The translations under genes were made by a program, and so were the position numbers. The notes under the pieces are model-generated. The model did not search any database. It was not told the DNA's origin and saw only the letters and a program-made list of their open reading frames with translations. Positions 20,251 to 29,754 of a DNA stretch of 64,000 nt are shown here, one piece after another (the first letter of the stretch is position 1; every line of letters starts with the position of its first letter). This DNA comes from Paracoccaceae bacterium (GTDB lineage: Bacteria; Pseudomonadota; Alphaproteobacteria; Rhodobacterales; Rhodobacteraceae), in NCBI GenBank assembly GCA_022822495.1, contig JAJEBQ010000040.1, positions 1,905-65,904 on the forward strand, given 5' to 3'.

Positions 20251-21357
20251 TTAAATTAATTTATCTGAAACTGATCGGGGAATAAAGACTTTTCCTTCAG
20301 CAATCAAACGGGCAGTTCTGACAACACCTGCTGAAATGAGGTTCAAATCGTCATTCTCGTAGTCGAAATTTGTGACAATTTTGATTTTTCCCATGGGATG
20401 TTCAATAACCATATCAAGGGGTGAGCTCTCCCTTTCTGATGCCAGGTTCTCGGTGATTGTTCCAGGCGAAAGAAAGCAGGCACCCAAACATTGTGAGCCT
20501 GTTATAGCCATTGAAGGGTGTGTGTGCCATGGCATAAAATATCTCGCGGAAAAATGCCCCCCGTTTATGGCCTTGGAAACCAAACCGATCTTGGGAGTGA
20601 CCCTATCACTTACATTACCCAATCCCATGCGTTGCCCTGCTTCAATCCTGATGGTTTCCATCTGTGCAAAAAGTTCGCGGTTTTCATCCAATTCCTGTGG
20701 TGTTTCATAACCGGTGATACCGAAATCGCCTGCCCGCGCGATGATCATGGGCATGGCAACATCAATACAGGTTACCTGAAGTCCCTGGATAATATCTATC
20801 TTCTTTCCGGTTGGAAACATTTTACCGGTGATGGAACCCACTGTATTCATAAAATTCAGAACAACAGGAGCAGAAGTCCCAGGAACACCATCAACAGTCT
20901 GATTGCCCTCATAATTCACTACGCCACCGGGTGTTTCAACGATTGATTCCACCAGGGCATTGGTATTGCTTGCTCTTATTCTTACTTTGGTTTGGTTACC
21001 CACGGCAGTAACCAGCCCCATCTCTATTGCAGCAGGACCAACACCAACAAGGATGTTGCCGCAGGTTGGGCCAAAGTCAACAAGTTTTTTGTCGACCCCT
21101 ACCTGGGCAAAGAGATACTCAACATCTGCATATTTTTCCTTTGACTTGCTTAAAATGGCAACTTTGGTCGTAACAGAACTCCCTCCCCCCAAACCATCAA
21201 TGTTTCGAATGTTGCCAGCACCTATCACCGAAATCAGAACTTCGGCGAGCAAATCTTTGTCCTGTGGAAGGTTTTCACTCAAGAAGTATGGACCACGTGA
21301 TGTGCCACCACGAAAGAACATGAATGGAATGCCGTGCTGTTTCAGGTTAGAGGCCAT
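20251..21357 (-). CDS. PrpF-family isomerase (2-methylaconitate isomerase / 4-oxalomesaconate tautomerase-like)
   Basis: N-terminal IPFMFFRGGTSRGPYF motif and the length are typical of PrpF/DUF453. It overlaps the end of the TTT permease gene by 16 nt. Confidence 0.7.
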   Translation of the reverse strand: MASNLKQHGIPFMFFRGGTSRGPYFLSENLPQDKDLLAEVLISVIGAGNIRNIDGLGGGSSVTTKVAILSKSKEKYADVEYLFAQVGVDKKLVDFGPTCGNILVGVGPAAIEMGLVTAVGNQTKVRIRASNTNALVESIVETPGGVVNYEGNQTVDGVPGTSAPVVLNFMNTVGSITGKMFPTGKKIDIIQGLQVTCIDVAMPMIIARAGDFGITGYETPQELDENRELFAQMETIRIEAGQRMGLGNVSDRVTPKIGLVSKAINGGHFSARYFMPWHTHPSMAITGSQCLGACFLSPGTITENLASERESSPLDMVIEHPMGKIKIVTNFDYENDDLNLISAGVVRTARLIAEGKVFIPRSVSDKLI

Positions 21358-23357
21358 GGTAATTTGAACAATTCTTGCAGTAACCCAGGAGGGAAGTCAC
21401 GGTTAAGTATATAGGCAAAAAAGCACATGAATGCTAAACCCAGCAATGTAAAAAAGCATACCCGAGGCCAAGTTAATCTTGTACGAATTCTAAAATAAAC
21501 CAACAGGAAAAAGCCAAGCGCTAAAATAAAACCCAGAAGTGAGGTCAAAAGTAATAAGAGACCCAACCATCCCAAAGTTCCCCATAGGCCATAAGGGGCT
21601 TCATGTCCTTCCTTGCCCGATTCACTATCCGCAAAAATAATATCACCCTCTGGGGCCATCATCATTTTTATCAATAATATCAACAAGGCAATTATACCAA
21701 CCACGGAGATGGTAACTGGAAAGATTTTATCAGAGGTGAGATCAATCAGTGCAGCATTAATCAAGGCAGTTGTTGTATATACCAACAGTACCAACAAGAA
21801 GATCAAGGGAGCTGTTTTTTTGCCGGTGCTCATTTCCCCTTCAGAAAAAATCTGTTTGGCCTGTCTGATTCCAATGACAACTGACACAATGGTTATAACA
21901 AGAAGGATCAATACAATTGGTGAGGCAATATACTCGAATCCCTGTTCCAAACTGCGTCTAAATTTAAAACTGGCAATCTGGTGTGCATTGTTGGAATAAT
22001 TTTCCGCTTGTGAAGATAAAACAAAGCCAATCAAAAAAGCAGGTCTTGACCAGTCAAATCGCTTGAGAAAAATGCCAAGTACACCAATTAAAAAGAGAGC
22101 AATTAAATCCCCTAGTGATTGTCTTGATTGAAAGGCTGCAAAGGAAATCATCATGAAAAGAAACGGGGCCAACAAGGCAAATCGGATGGTTGTCAACTTG
22201 GCAATACCACCTGAAAGGGCGATACAAAGCCCTGCCCCAAAAACATTTGCCAAAGCAAGTGACCACACAATAGTGTAGGTCAGACTTAATTCATTCTGTA
22301 TGAGTTGGGGGCCAGCATCAAATCCGAGTAAGGCCAATCCTCCAATGAAGATAGCCATGGAACCTGACCCCGGAATACCAAATATAAGGGTTGGTACAAG
22401 TCCTCCCCCTTCCTTGGCATTATTGGAACTCTCTGGACCGATGACACCTCTGATTTCACCTGATCCAAAAGCAGATTTATCTTTGGTTGTTTGTACAGCA
22501 TGACCATACGCAATCCAATCAACAACCGATCCTCCAAGGCCAGGAATGACGCCTACTATGACTCCAATGACTGAACATCGGATACTCAACCATATATTTT
22601 TCCACCAATCGGCAACACCGGTTAACCAGCCCGCTCCAAGGGTTGATTTTTCAGAAATAGATTTATCCTTTCGGAGAAGGGACACAATTTCCGGTATGGC
22701 AAAGATACCCAATCCAACAATGACAAGTTTTATACCATCAGTCAAATAGGGGATATCGTAAGTGGCCATACGCAAAGAACCGCCTGCACCTGCTTCCCCG
22801 ATTGTTCCTATCAATAAACCAAGACATGCCGCTGCCAAACCTTTTAAAGCCACCCGTCCAGCAAGAATTGCCACCATGGACAAACCAAGCAGGGTTATCA
22901 TGAGCATTTCGGGTGTACCAAAAGCCAAAACAATTGGTCGAGCGATCAAAATAAAGAAAGTTAGGACTATGGCCCCAATCAAACCGCCAAAAAGGGATGA
23001 TGCAAATGCCGCTGACAATGCGCGTGCCGCTTCACCCTTCTTGGCCAAAGGAAATCCATCCAGAACCGTGGCTTGGCTTGCCGATGAACCAGGTATGCCC
23101 ATCAATACACTAGCAAAGGTGTCTGAAGTGGGTACAACAGCAATTAAACCAACCATCAGAGCCAAGCCAGATACAGGCTCCATACCAAACATAAATGGTA
23201 GTACCAATGAGAGGCCGGCAATACCTCCCAATCCAGGAAAAACACCTACCGATAACCCTAAAACAACCCCTATAAAAAGATACAAGAGTTGGCTGGGGTG
23301 AAGAACTAATAAAACCGCCTCATCCAATGCGGTGATGGCAGTTACCAGAATATCCAT
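21342..23357 (-). CDS. tctA: Tripartite tricarboxylate transporter permease, TctA with C-terminal TctB-like 4-TM extension (fusion)
   Basis: About 500 aa of TctA-like polytopic sequence (GVFPGLGG...GIPGS repeats) followed by about 170 aa with four more hydrophobic helices. No separate tctB ORF is present. Confidence 0.7.
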   Translation of the reverse strand: MDILVTAITALDEAVLLVLHPSQLLYLFIGVVLGLSVGVFPGLGGIAGLSLVLPFMFGMEPVSGLALMVGLIAVVPTSDTFASVLMGIPGSSASQATVLDGFPLAKKGEAARALSAAFASSLFGGLIGAIVLTFFILIARPIVLAFGTPEMLMITLLGLSMVAILAGRVALKGLAAACLGLLIGTIGEAGAGGSLRMATYDIPYLTDGIKLVIVGLGIFAIPEIVSLLRKDKSISEKSTLGAGWLTGVADWWKNIWLSIRCSVIGVIVGVIPGLGGSVVDWIAYGHAVQTTKDKSAFGSGEIRGVIGPESSNNAKEGGGLVPTLIFGIPGSGSMAIFIGGLALLGFDAGPQLIQNELSLTYTIVWSLALANVFGAGLCIALSGGIAKLTTIRFALLAPFLFMMISFAAFQSRQSLGDLIALFLIGVLGIFLKRFDWSRPAFLIGFVLSSQAENYSNNAHQIASFKFRRSLEQGFEYIASPIVLILLVITIVSVVIGIRQAKQIFSEGEMSTGKKTAPLIFLLVLLVYTTTALINAALIDLTSDKIFPVTISVVGIIALLILLIKMMMAPEGDIIFADSESGKEGHEAPYGLWGTLGWLGLLLLLTSLLGFILALGFFLLVYFRIRTRLTWPRVCFFTLLGLAFMCFFAYILNRDFPPGLLQELFKLPWPLT

Positions 23358-23369
23358 AGTTTGTCGTTG

Positions 23370-23399
23370 ATTCCCCCGGGAGAGGAACCCCGGGGGAAT
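23370..23399 (-). promoter_or_regulatory. Intercistronic GC-rich hairpin between tctC and tctA (11-bp stem, 8-nt loop)
   Basis: ATTCCCCCGGG-AGAGGAAC-CCCGGGGGAAT read directly. It lies in the 51-nt tctC-tctA spacer. Confidence 0.6.
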
Positions 23400-23408
23400 T
23401 AATTCATA

Positions 23409-24515
23409 TTAATTGTCTAAGGTAACACCATAATCTTCAGCCAACCAATTGATAACAAACGCCTTTGCCACTGGATCAACCTGTGTACCGAGATTAAGAC
23501 TGGCTGCGGCAAGGGCACCCGTCATTTGAGGGTACATCCCCAACCGGGCAGCTGAAATCTCTGGGAAATCTGGCCGCGCTATGACAGCATCAAAAGCTTT
23601 GGTGTACGTGTCTATCGCATCTTGGTCTGCACCCTTGGGTAAGAAGACCATTTTCTGTGCAGGAAAACCGGCAATGAAAAATGCCTTCCAGGCATCCCAA
23701 GCTTCACCGCTGGTCTCGCATCCCGGAGTTGCATCACACACTTCCTTGAAGGAAGGAATATCAGGGAAAGTCGGATCCCTTACAACATTACCATTATTGT
23801 CCAGAGCCCCCCAAGTCATCATGGGCACAGCCTGGCCATTTTCAACCAGTGGGACAACACTCTTCAAGTAAGCGGAAGAAGTTTGATAATCGATATTTGC
23901 TTCGCCTCGTTCAAACATCAAACGTCCATCACCTCTTCCCTTGATACCAAAAACGGGTTCAACTGACATACCCAACATTTTCCAGGCTAACAAAGGAACC
24001 AGATCCAATCTGGTTGCACCTTGGCTTCCCCAGATAAAATCTGTACCAGCAAGAGCTGAAGCGTCCATTCCATTCATCATGCCGGCCAAATCAGGTGGAA
24101 GGTAGGCAACCCCACCTGTACCTGAAGCCAGGACAACATTCCAATCACTATATTCGTATTTCACGCGCGGATCACCCAACAAATAAGGGAATTGGGTCGA
24201 ACCTGAAGAACCAAAAATCAGGGTACCATTGGAATCTTCATAGCTTTGGTCCTGGAACCAATTGGCACCTTTAGTTGACCCCGCACCAGGCATAAATTTA
24301 ACAACTACAGTAGGTTGGCCAGGAAGTGCTTCACCAAGAAGTGGCGCATAGAAATTGGCCCATTTGGCAGAACCACCTGATTCCGAAAAAGGAATTACGA
24401 ATTCAACTGTTTTACCCGAAAGGTCCAACTCATCTGCCTGCAAAGAAACGATTGAAGATACGGTTGTGAACAAGGCCAGAATAATACTCAATCCAGCCAA
24501 CTTTAATTTGTGCAT
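23409..24515 (-). CDS. tctC: Tripartite tricarboxylate transporter substrate-binding protein (TctC/Bug family)
   Basis: Signal peptide MHKLKLAGLSIILALFTTVSS, periplasmic-binding-protein size, and position immediately upstream of the TctA permease. The ATG at 24515 is preferred over the track start at 24542. Confidence 0.65.
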   Translation of the reverse strand: MHKLKLAGLSIILALFTTVSSIVSLQADELDLSGKTVEFVIPFSESGGSAKWANFYAPLLGEALPGQPTVVVKFMPGAGSTKGANWFQDQSYEDSNGTLIFGSSGSTQFPYLLGDPRVKYEYSDWNVVLASGTGGVAYLPPDLAGMMNGMDASALAGTDFIWGSQGATRLDLVPLLAWKMLGMSVEPVFGIKGRGDGRLMFERGEANIDYQTSSAYLKSVVPLVENGQAVPMMTWGALDNNGNVVRDPTFPDIPSFKEVCDATPGCETSGEAWDAWKAFFIAGFPAQKMVFLPKGADQDAIDTYTKAFDAVIARPDFPEISAARLGMYPQMTGALAAASLNLGTQVDPVAKAFVINWLAEDYGVTLDN

Positions 24516-24709
24516 AAAATAACTCCCGAGAAATAATGGCAAAAGGCAAAATATTTATGCCTAAAGATTTCTAAAAAAAACCGACAATAAAGTCTTCCGG
24601 TAGAAAATAAAACCAGTTACATCGGCATGAATAAATTTAATTTTTGATAACAATTGGCTGGTTTGCTAACCGGGAGTCAAATTTTCCAAGATAAATTTTG
24701 AACCGGAAT

Positions 24710-26863
24710 TTATGCTCTCTCTCCAACTTTTCTTTCCAGCCTTCGCTGGTGAAGAATATGTTCGGTATAACCTGAGGATTGAATATCCCCTTTAAATACC
24801 AAATCGCATGCTGCCTTGAATGCTTCTCCCTCAAAATCTGGAGCCATGGGGGTATAGTTTGGATCGTTTTTGTTTTGTTGGTCAACAACATCTGCCATTT
24901 CCTTCATTACGCGCAACACGGTTTCTTTACTGACAACCCCATGATAAAGCCAATTGGCGACATGCTGCGAAGATATTCGACAAGTAGCCCTATCTTCCAT
25001 CAAACCAACATTGTTGATATCTGGTATCTTTGAACAACCAATTCCTTGATCAACCCACCTCACAACATAGCCTAGAATTCCCTGTAAATTATTTTTTATC
25101 TCATGGAGCTTTTCTTCTTCGCTCCAATTTGGATCCTCTGCCAAAGGAATCTCAAGGATAGTATCCCGCTTTGCTCTGGGGCCTTTAGCTACAATACAGT
25201 CTTGTATACTATTAACATTTACCTGGAAATAATGGATGGCATGCAGAGTTGCCGCTGTAGGGCTCGGAACCCAGGCGGTATTGGCCCCTGCCAGAGGGTG
25301 ATCAATCTTTTGTTCAAGCATTTCCTTCATTAGGTCTGGCATGGCCCACATGCCTTTGCCTATCTGGCTTTTGCCTTTTAATCCACACTGCAATCCTACA
25401 TCCACGTTCCAGTTTTCATAGGCGGCAAGCCAAGGGGCTTTTTTTAATTCTGCCTTACGCTTGAAAGGTCCCATTTTAAAAGAGGTATGGATCTCATCTC
25501 CAGTTCGGTCCAAGAAGCCGGTATTGATAAAAGCAACCCTGTTCGTTGCAGCCCGAATACATTCTTTCAAATTTACCGTGGTTCTTCTTTCCTCATCCAT
25601 GATACCGATTTTGACTGAATTTTGCTTCAAACCAAGGATTTCCTCTACCCGGCTGAATAACCTGTCAGCTGCAGCGACTTCATCGGGACCATGCATTTTG
25701 GGTTTAACGATATAAACCGAACCTGAAGTCGAATTGCTTTTTTTGCCCTTCAGGTCATGTAATGCAATGAGAGTGGTGCAAAGGGCATCAAGAATGGTTT
25801 CACAAACCGGCTCTCCTTCCTTGTTACAGACTATTTCCGTATTTATATGCGAAGCCGAATTCCTGATTAATAACAAGGCCCGCCCCTTGAGCGTCAATAG
25901 GTCCCCGCCAGGATCTTGGAATTCCTTATCACCCTTGATCATCCGGGTGATTTCCTTGCCATTCTTTGTAAATGTGGCAACAAGATTTCCTTTCATGATT
26001 CCAAGCCAGTTTCGATAAGCAAGAATTTTATCTTCTGCGTCGACAACAGCAACCGAATCTTCACAATCGAGAATTGTCGTGATAGCAGATTCCACGACCA
26101 CATCTGCTAAACCGGAATCATCGATTTTTCCGATAACACTATTCTTATCAAACTCAAGTATGAGATGAATGCCATTCTTTTTAAGTATTATACTTTCTGG
26201 CTCAGATTTATCCCCTGTGTAACCTTCAAACCATGATATATCCTTGAGCTGTGAGGTCTCTTTGGCTAAATGAACAACTAAATTCTTGTCTACAACACTA
26301 TACCCAGTTGCATCCTTGTGGTTTCCAGCCTTCAAAGGAAAAATTTCATCAAGGAACACCTTGGTTGTATCAACGACCTTTTGGGCATGTTCCATATCAA
26401 AGTCTGCCTTATCAGGTTTTCCGAGGACATTGGTTCCATAAAGAGCATCATAAAGTGAATTCCAGCGAGCGTTGATGGCATTAATAGCAAATCGAGCATT
26501 GGTTATGGGCACAACCAGTTGTGGACCGGGTATATGTGCGATTTCAGGATCAATCCCTGTCGTCTGAATTGTAAAGTCAGGGCCCTCCTTTACCAAATAA
26601 CCAATCTCTTTCAGAAAGGCTTTGTACTTATCCTTGTCAAATTTCTGATTTCTGGTTTTTTTATGCCAATCATCAATCTTCTTTTGAAGAACATTCCTGA
26701 CTTCAACAAATTCCTTGGTTCTGTCATCAAACTCTCTGATGAGTTGTGCTAATCCTGTCCAAAAGCTGGTCTTTGAAATACCGGTTCCAGGGAGTGCTTC
26801 ATTCTCAATAAAATCGGCGAAATCTTTGTCAACTGATAAGTCTTGGAAACTAATTCTTGTCAT
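24710..26863 (-). CDS. glcB: Malate synthase G
   Basis: 717 aa. MSG-type segments such as IGIMDEERRTTVNLKECI, FINTGFLDRTGDEIHTS and MPDLMKEM. Confidence 0.85.
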   Translation of the reverse strand: MTRISFQDLSVDKDFADFIENEALPGTGISKTSFWTGLAQLIREFDDRTKEFVEVRNVLQKKIDDWHKKTRNQKFDKDKYKAFLKEIGYLVKEGPDFTIQTTGIDPEIAHIPGPQLVVPITNARFAINAINARWNSLYDALYGTNVLGKPDKADFDMEHAQKVVDTTKVFLDEIFPLKAGNHKDATGYSVVDKNLVVHLAKETSQLKDISWFEGYTGDKSEPESIILKKNGIHLILEFDKNSVIGKIDDSGLADVVVESAITTILDCEDSVAVVDAEDKILAYRNWLGIMKGNLVATFTKNGKEITRMIKGDKEFQDPGGDLLTLKGRALLLIRNSASHINTEIVCNKEGEPVCETILDALCTTLIALHDLKGKKSNSTSGSVYIVKPKMHGPDEVAAADRLFSRVEEILGLKQNSVKIGIMDEERRTTVNLKECIRAATNRVAFINTGFLDRTGDEIHTSFKMGPFKRKAELKKAPWLAAYENWNVDVGLQCGLKGKSQIGKGMWAMPDLMKEMLEQKIDHPLAGANTAWVPSPTAATLHAIHYFQVNVNSIQDCIVAKGPRAKRDTILEIPLAEDPNWSEEEKLHEIKNNLQGILGYVVRWVDQGIGCSKIPDINNVGLMEDRATCRISSQHVANWLYHGVVSKETVLRVMKEMADVVDQQNKNDPNYTPMAPDFEGEAFKAACDLVFKGDIQSSGYTEHILHQRRLERKVGERA

Positions 26864-26923
26864 GATTTTTCTATGTTATAAGGAATCTTTTATTGCCAAA
26901 TTGCTGGGCATGTGCATAAGCAT

Positions 26924-27916
26924 CTAACCGTTAACATCAATAACTGTTCTTCCCCTTACTTCACCCTTAAGTATAGCTTTACCAAGATCTGGTAGATCAG
27001 CAAGCGTTTTGACCTCAGTTACCATATTAAGTTTTGACAAATCCAAATATTTATTGATTTTTGACCAAGCACGGTTGCGATCATTTATGGGTTTCATCAC
27101 GCTATCAATTCCCAACAGATTAACACCTCGCAAAAGAAATGGGATGACCGTTGCAGGTAATTGTGCACCACCTGCCAAGCCGACCGCGGCAACCGAAGTC
27201 CCATATTTCATTTGACCTAACAATCTAGCCAGCATTGCCCCCCCAACTGTATCTACGCATCCAGCCCAAAGTTCTTTTTCCAAAGGTCGTTTGGTTACTT
27301 CAGCAAGCTCTTTTCGCGGAATTATCTGACTTGCACCAAGTTCCTTGAGATAGCTTTCAGAGTTACTCTTACCCGTTACACCTGCGACTTCATATCCCAT
27401 CTGCGAAAGTAAAAGTGTAGCAATAGATCCAACACCTCCGGTAGCTCCGGTAACAAGCACAGGCCCATTATTCTTTTGCAAACCCTGTATTTCCAATGCA
27501 TCAATGGCCAGCATGGCCGTTAGTCCTGCTGTTCCTATTACCATCGCGGTTTTTGCACTCATGCCTTTGGGTATTTTTACCAACCAATCTGAATTAACCC
27601 GGGCAATCTGGGAGTAACCACCCCACCAAGTTTCACCCACTCGCCAACCTGTCAAGACAACCTTGTCTCCAGAGTTGAAATCATCCGATTGCGAATCCAT
27701 GACGGTTCCAGCAAAATCAATTCCTGGAACATGCGGATAGTTTCTTACCAAACCTCCGCCTGATCCGAGACAGAGACCATCCTTATAATTCAGGGTGGAA
27801 TAATCTACCTTTACCGTTACGTTACCTTGAGGTAGATCTTCAATACTAATTTCCTTGATGGAACTTGACGTTTTTCCATCTTCGTTCTTATCAACTACAA
27901 GTGCTAAAAATGCCAT
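26924..27916 (-). CDS. acuI: YhdH/AcuI-type NADPH-dependent acrylyl-CoA reductase (MDR family)
   Basis: Co-linear by eye with E. coli YhdH (SLNYKDGL, PGIDFAGTV, LTGW.VGE..WGGY, IGTAGLTAML). It lies directly downstream of dmdA, as described for Ruegeria pomeroyi. Confidence 0.75.
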   Translation of the reverse strand: MAFLALVVDKNEDGKTSSSIKEISIEDLPQGNVTVKVDYSTLNYKDGLCLGSGGGLVRNYPHVPGIDFAGTVMDSQSDDFNSGDKVVLTGWRVGETWWGGYSQIARVNSDWLVKIPKGMSAKTAMVIGTAGLTAMLAIDALEIQGLQKNNGPVLVTGATGGVGSIATLLLSQMGYEVAGVTGKSNSESYLKELGASQIIPRKELAEVTKRPLEKELWAGCVDTVGGAMLARLLGQMKYGTSVAAVGLAGGAQLPATVIPFLLRGVNLLGIDSVMKPINDRNRAWSKINKYLDLSKLNMVTEVKTLADLPDLGKAILKGEVRGRTVIDVNG

Positions 27917-27927
27917 AATATTTTCCC

Positions 27928-29037
27928 TTATATAAAGAATTTGTCTCTAACTTTAGCCTTCCTGGGATAATCAGGGGCATGAACCAGAACTTCTGTATTT
28001 GGGTTCCAAAACTCTTTTTCAATCATTCCAATGGCAACATTTGTTTTAAAACCTGGTGACCAGGTAATCGAAGTTACATTACCTGCAAATTCGCCATCTG
28101 CAGTAACTTTCCAGGGCACATGACAAAGAGGGACCTTATCACCTTCAACGTCAAGTGATCTTATTTCTCTTTCCCATCCATTCTCGAAAACCCTTTTTAG
28201 GGCTTCGTACCCCAAACATTTGGGTGTGGAGTTGACATCACAATACTTTCCCAGACCACTTTCAAAGGGATTGTTATTCAACGTAATGTCTGTTCCATAG
28301 GAAAGCAAACCGCCCTCAACACGTTCTGGGTAATTTGGCCCTCCTGCCCTTACAGACAAATCTTCGCCAGCCTCCATCAGTGTATCCCACATGGGTATCC
28401 CGTTTTCAAATCCCTCAACATAGATCTCAAAACCACCCTGCTTGGAATAACCTGATCTTGATACAAAATGTTCTTTGCCTGCGAATTCATAAGCTTGAAA
28501 TTCGAAAAATTTTAGGTCCATGATGCTTGACCCAAATACTCTTGACATAAGCTCATCTGATTTAGGACCTTGTACCCCCAAGGGTGATACATCGGGTTCA
28601 AAAACTTTAACATTCAGATTATAGGCTGCAACCAAGGCCAAAACCCAAAGGAGGTAATCGCTATCAGCAATGGAGATCCAATATCTTGTTTCGGATAATT
28701 TCAGCAAAACGGGGTCATTCAACATACCCCCATGTTGATCAACCACGGGAAAGTAGAGGCATTTACCAATCCTTAAATTTTTGATCGGTCTTGGTGATAG
28801 CAACTCAATCAATTTGGTTGCTTCTTGTCCGGTGACCTCAATCTGTCTTTCACAGGACACATCCCACAACTGGACATGTTCTTTCAAATGAAAATAGTCA
28901 ATATCATATGTTTCGAACCTGACCGGCATGAGCATGTGGTTATATACTGAGCATGATTTAACCCCGGCTTCAACCACCCGATCCCAAAAGGGTGTCTTTC
29001 TAATCCTTATGGAGGGGAATATGTCTGCCTTAAACAT
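27928..29037 (-). CDS. dmdA: DMSP demethylase (GcvT-fold aminomethyltransferase family)
   Basis: 369 aa. FPS.R.RKTPF, VYNHML, HLKEHVQLWDVSCERQ, GGMLNDPV, EPDVSPLGVQGP, SGYSKQGGFEIYVEG and RAGGPN..ERVEGGLLSYG match the DmdA sequences I recall from Ruegeria and Pelagibacter. The acuI linkage supports the call. Confidence 0.75.
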   Translation of the reverse strand: MFKADIFPSIRIRKTPFWDRVVEAGVKSCSVYNHMLMPVRFETYDIDYFHLKEHVQLWDVSCERQIEVTGQEATKLIELLSPRPIKNLRIGKCLYFPVVDQHGGMLNDPVLLKLSETRYWISIADSDYLLWVLALVAAYNLNVKVFEPDVSPLGVQGPKSDELMSRVFGSSIMDLKFFEFQAYEFAGKEHFVSRSGYSKQGGFEIYVEGFENGIPMWDTLMEAGEDLSVRAGGPNYPERVEGGLLSYGTDITLNNNPFESGLGKYCDVNSTPKCLGYEALKRVFENGWEREIRSLDVEGDKVPLCHVPWKVTADGEFAGNVTSITWSPGFKTNVAIGMIEKEFWNPNTEVLVHAPDYPRKAKVRDKFFI

Positions 29038-29045
29038 CGCTGGTT

Positions 29046-29747
29046 CTACCTCTCAGGACCTTTCCAGCTTATGCTACAGATTTCGGCTGAGCGGCCATCA
29101 AAATCCCATACTCGGCCAAAAGCTCGAACTCGTCCCTTATTGGCTGTTGCAACAGTGATATCGCTACCCATCCAATAATTGGTATTGACTGCGACAATAT
29201 CTGTGTTTTGGTCCTTCCCTTTAACTGGTATAACCTCACCATCAATTTTCTTGCCAACCTTGAGCTTTCGGGTCTTACCATCCTTTTCAAAACTGACCTC
29301 TGCTCGTTCAGCACCCAGAAATTCACTAACCAAATTCTTGAATAAACCTGTTGTTCCCTTAGCCTTGCCGGTAAAAATCTGAATTAATCCATGGTAGGCC
29401 TTATGGGACGCATTATCATCTATGAACGCAGCGGCTTTCCAGTTTCCTCTAGCCATGAGTCCTGGGATTTCAAGAATCAAACCAATATTCAAACCAGATA
29501 GTGATTCCTCGCCATAATTACCTTCGTCTATGCGTATTCCGGCCCAAGCTTGGCAATACCCCTCTGTTGGTGCATGTTTACCCAAACTTATGACACAGGG
29601 GCAAAAAACTGTACAATTGCAATTCAAAATTAATTCCCCCTTGATAACCCAGGGAATCAATCCTTGATCAGACTTCTCTGCACCTGGGTGCCGATTGTCA
29701 AGTCTTTTGGCGACTGTTAATCGATCGCGTGGCTTGCCCTTATTCAT
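29046..29747 (-). CDS. DUF1326-family Cys-rich protein
   Basis: LNCNCTVFCPCV signature of DUF1326. 8-nt gap to dmdA. Confidence 0.65.
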   Translation of the reverse strand: MNKGKPRDRLTVAKRLDNRHPGAEKSDQGLIPWVIKGELILNCNCTVFCPCVISLGKHAPTEGYCQAWAGIRIDEGNYGEESLSGLNIGLILEIPGLMARGNWKAAAFIDDNASHKAYHGLIQIFTGKAKGTTGLFKNLVSEFLGAERAEVSFEKDGKTRKLKVGKKIDGEVIPVKGKDQNTDIVAVNTNYWMGSDITVATANKGRVRAFGRVWDFDGRSAEICSISWKGPER

Positions 29748-29754
29748 TTTGAAC

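Noticed and set aside
21613-23301. Long antisense ORFs inside tctA (for example 22762-23301, 179 aa; 21613-21999, 128 aa), and similar antisense ORFs inside lon, uvrA, ppdK, glcB, lpdA, cysS and gyrA
   Set aside because: They are low-complexity or compositionally odd translations opposite well-supported genes. They have no recognisable motifs or ribosome-binding sites and are typical shadow ORFs.
26864-26923. Possible glycine riboswitch upstream of malate synthase G, as reported for SAR11
   Set aside because: Only 60 nt separate the glcB start from the acuI stop, which is too short for a glycine aptamer. No conserved aptamer-like sequence was recognised.
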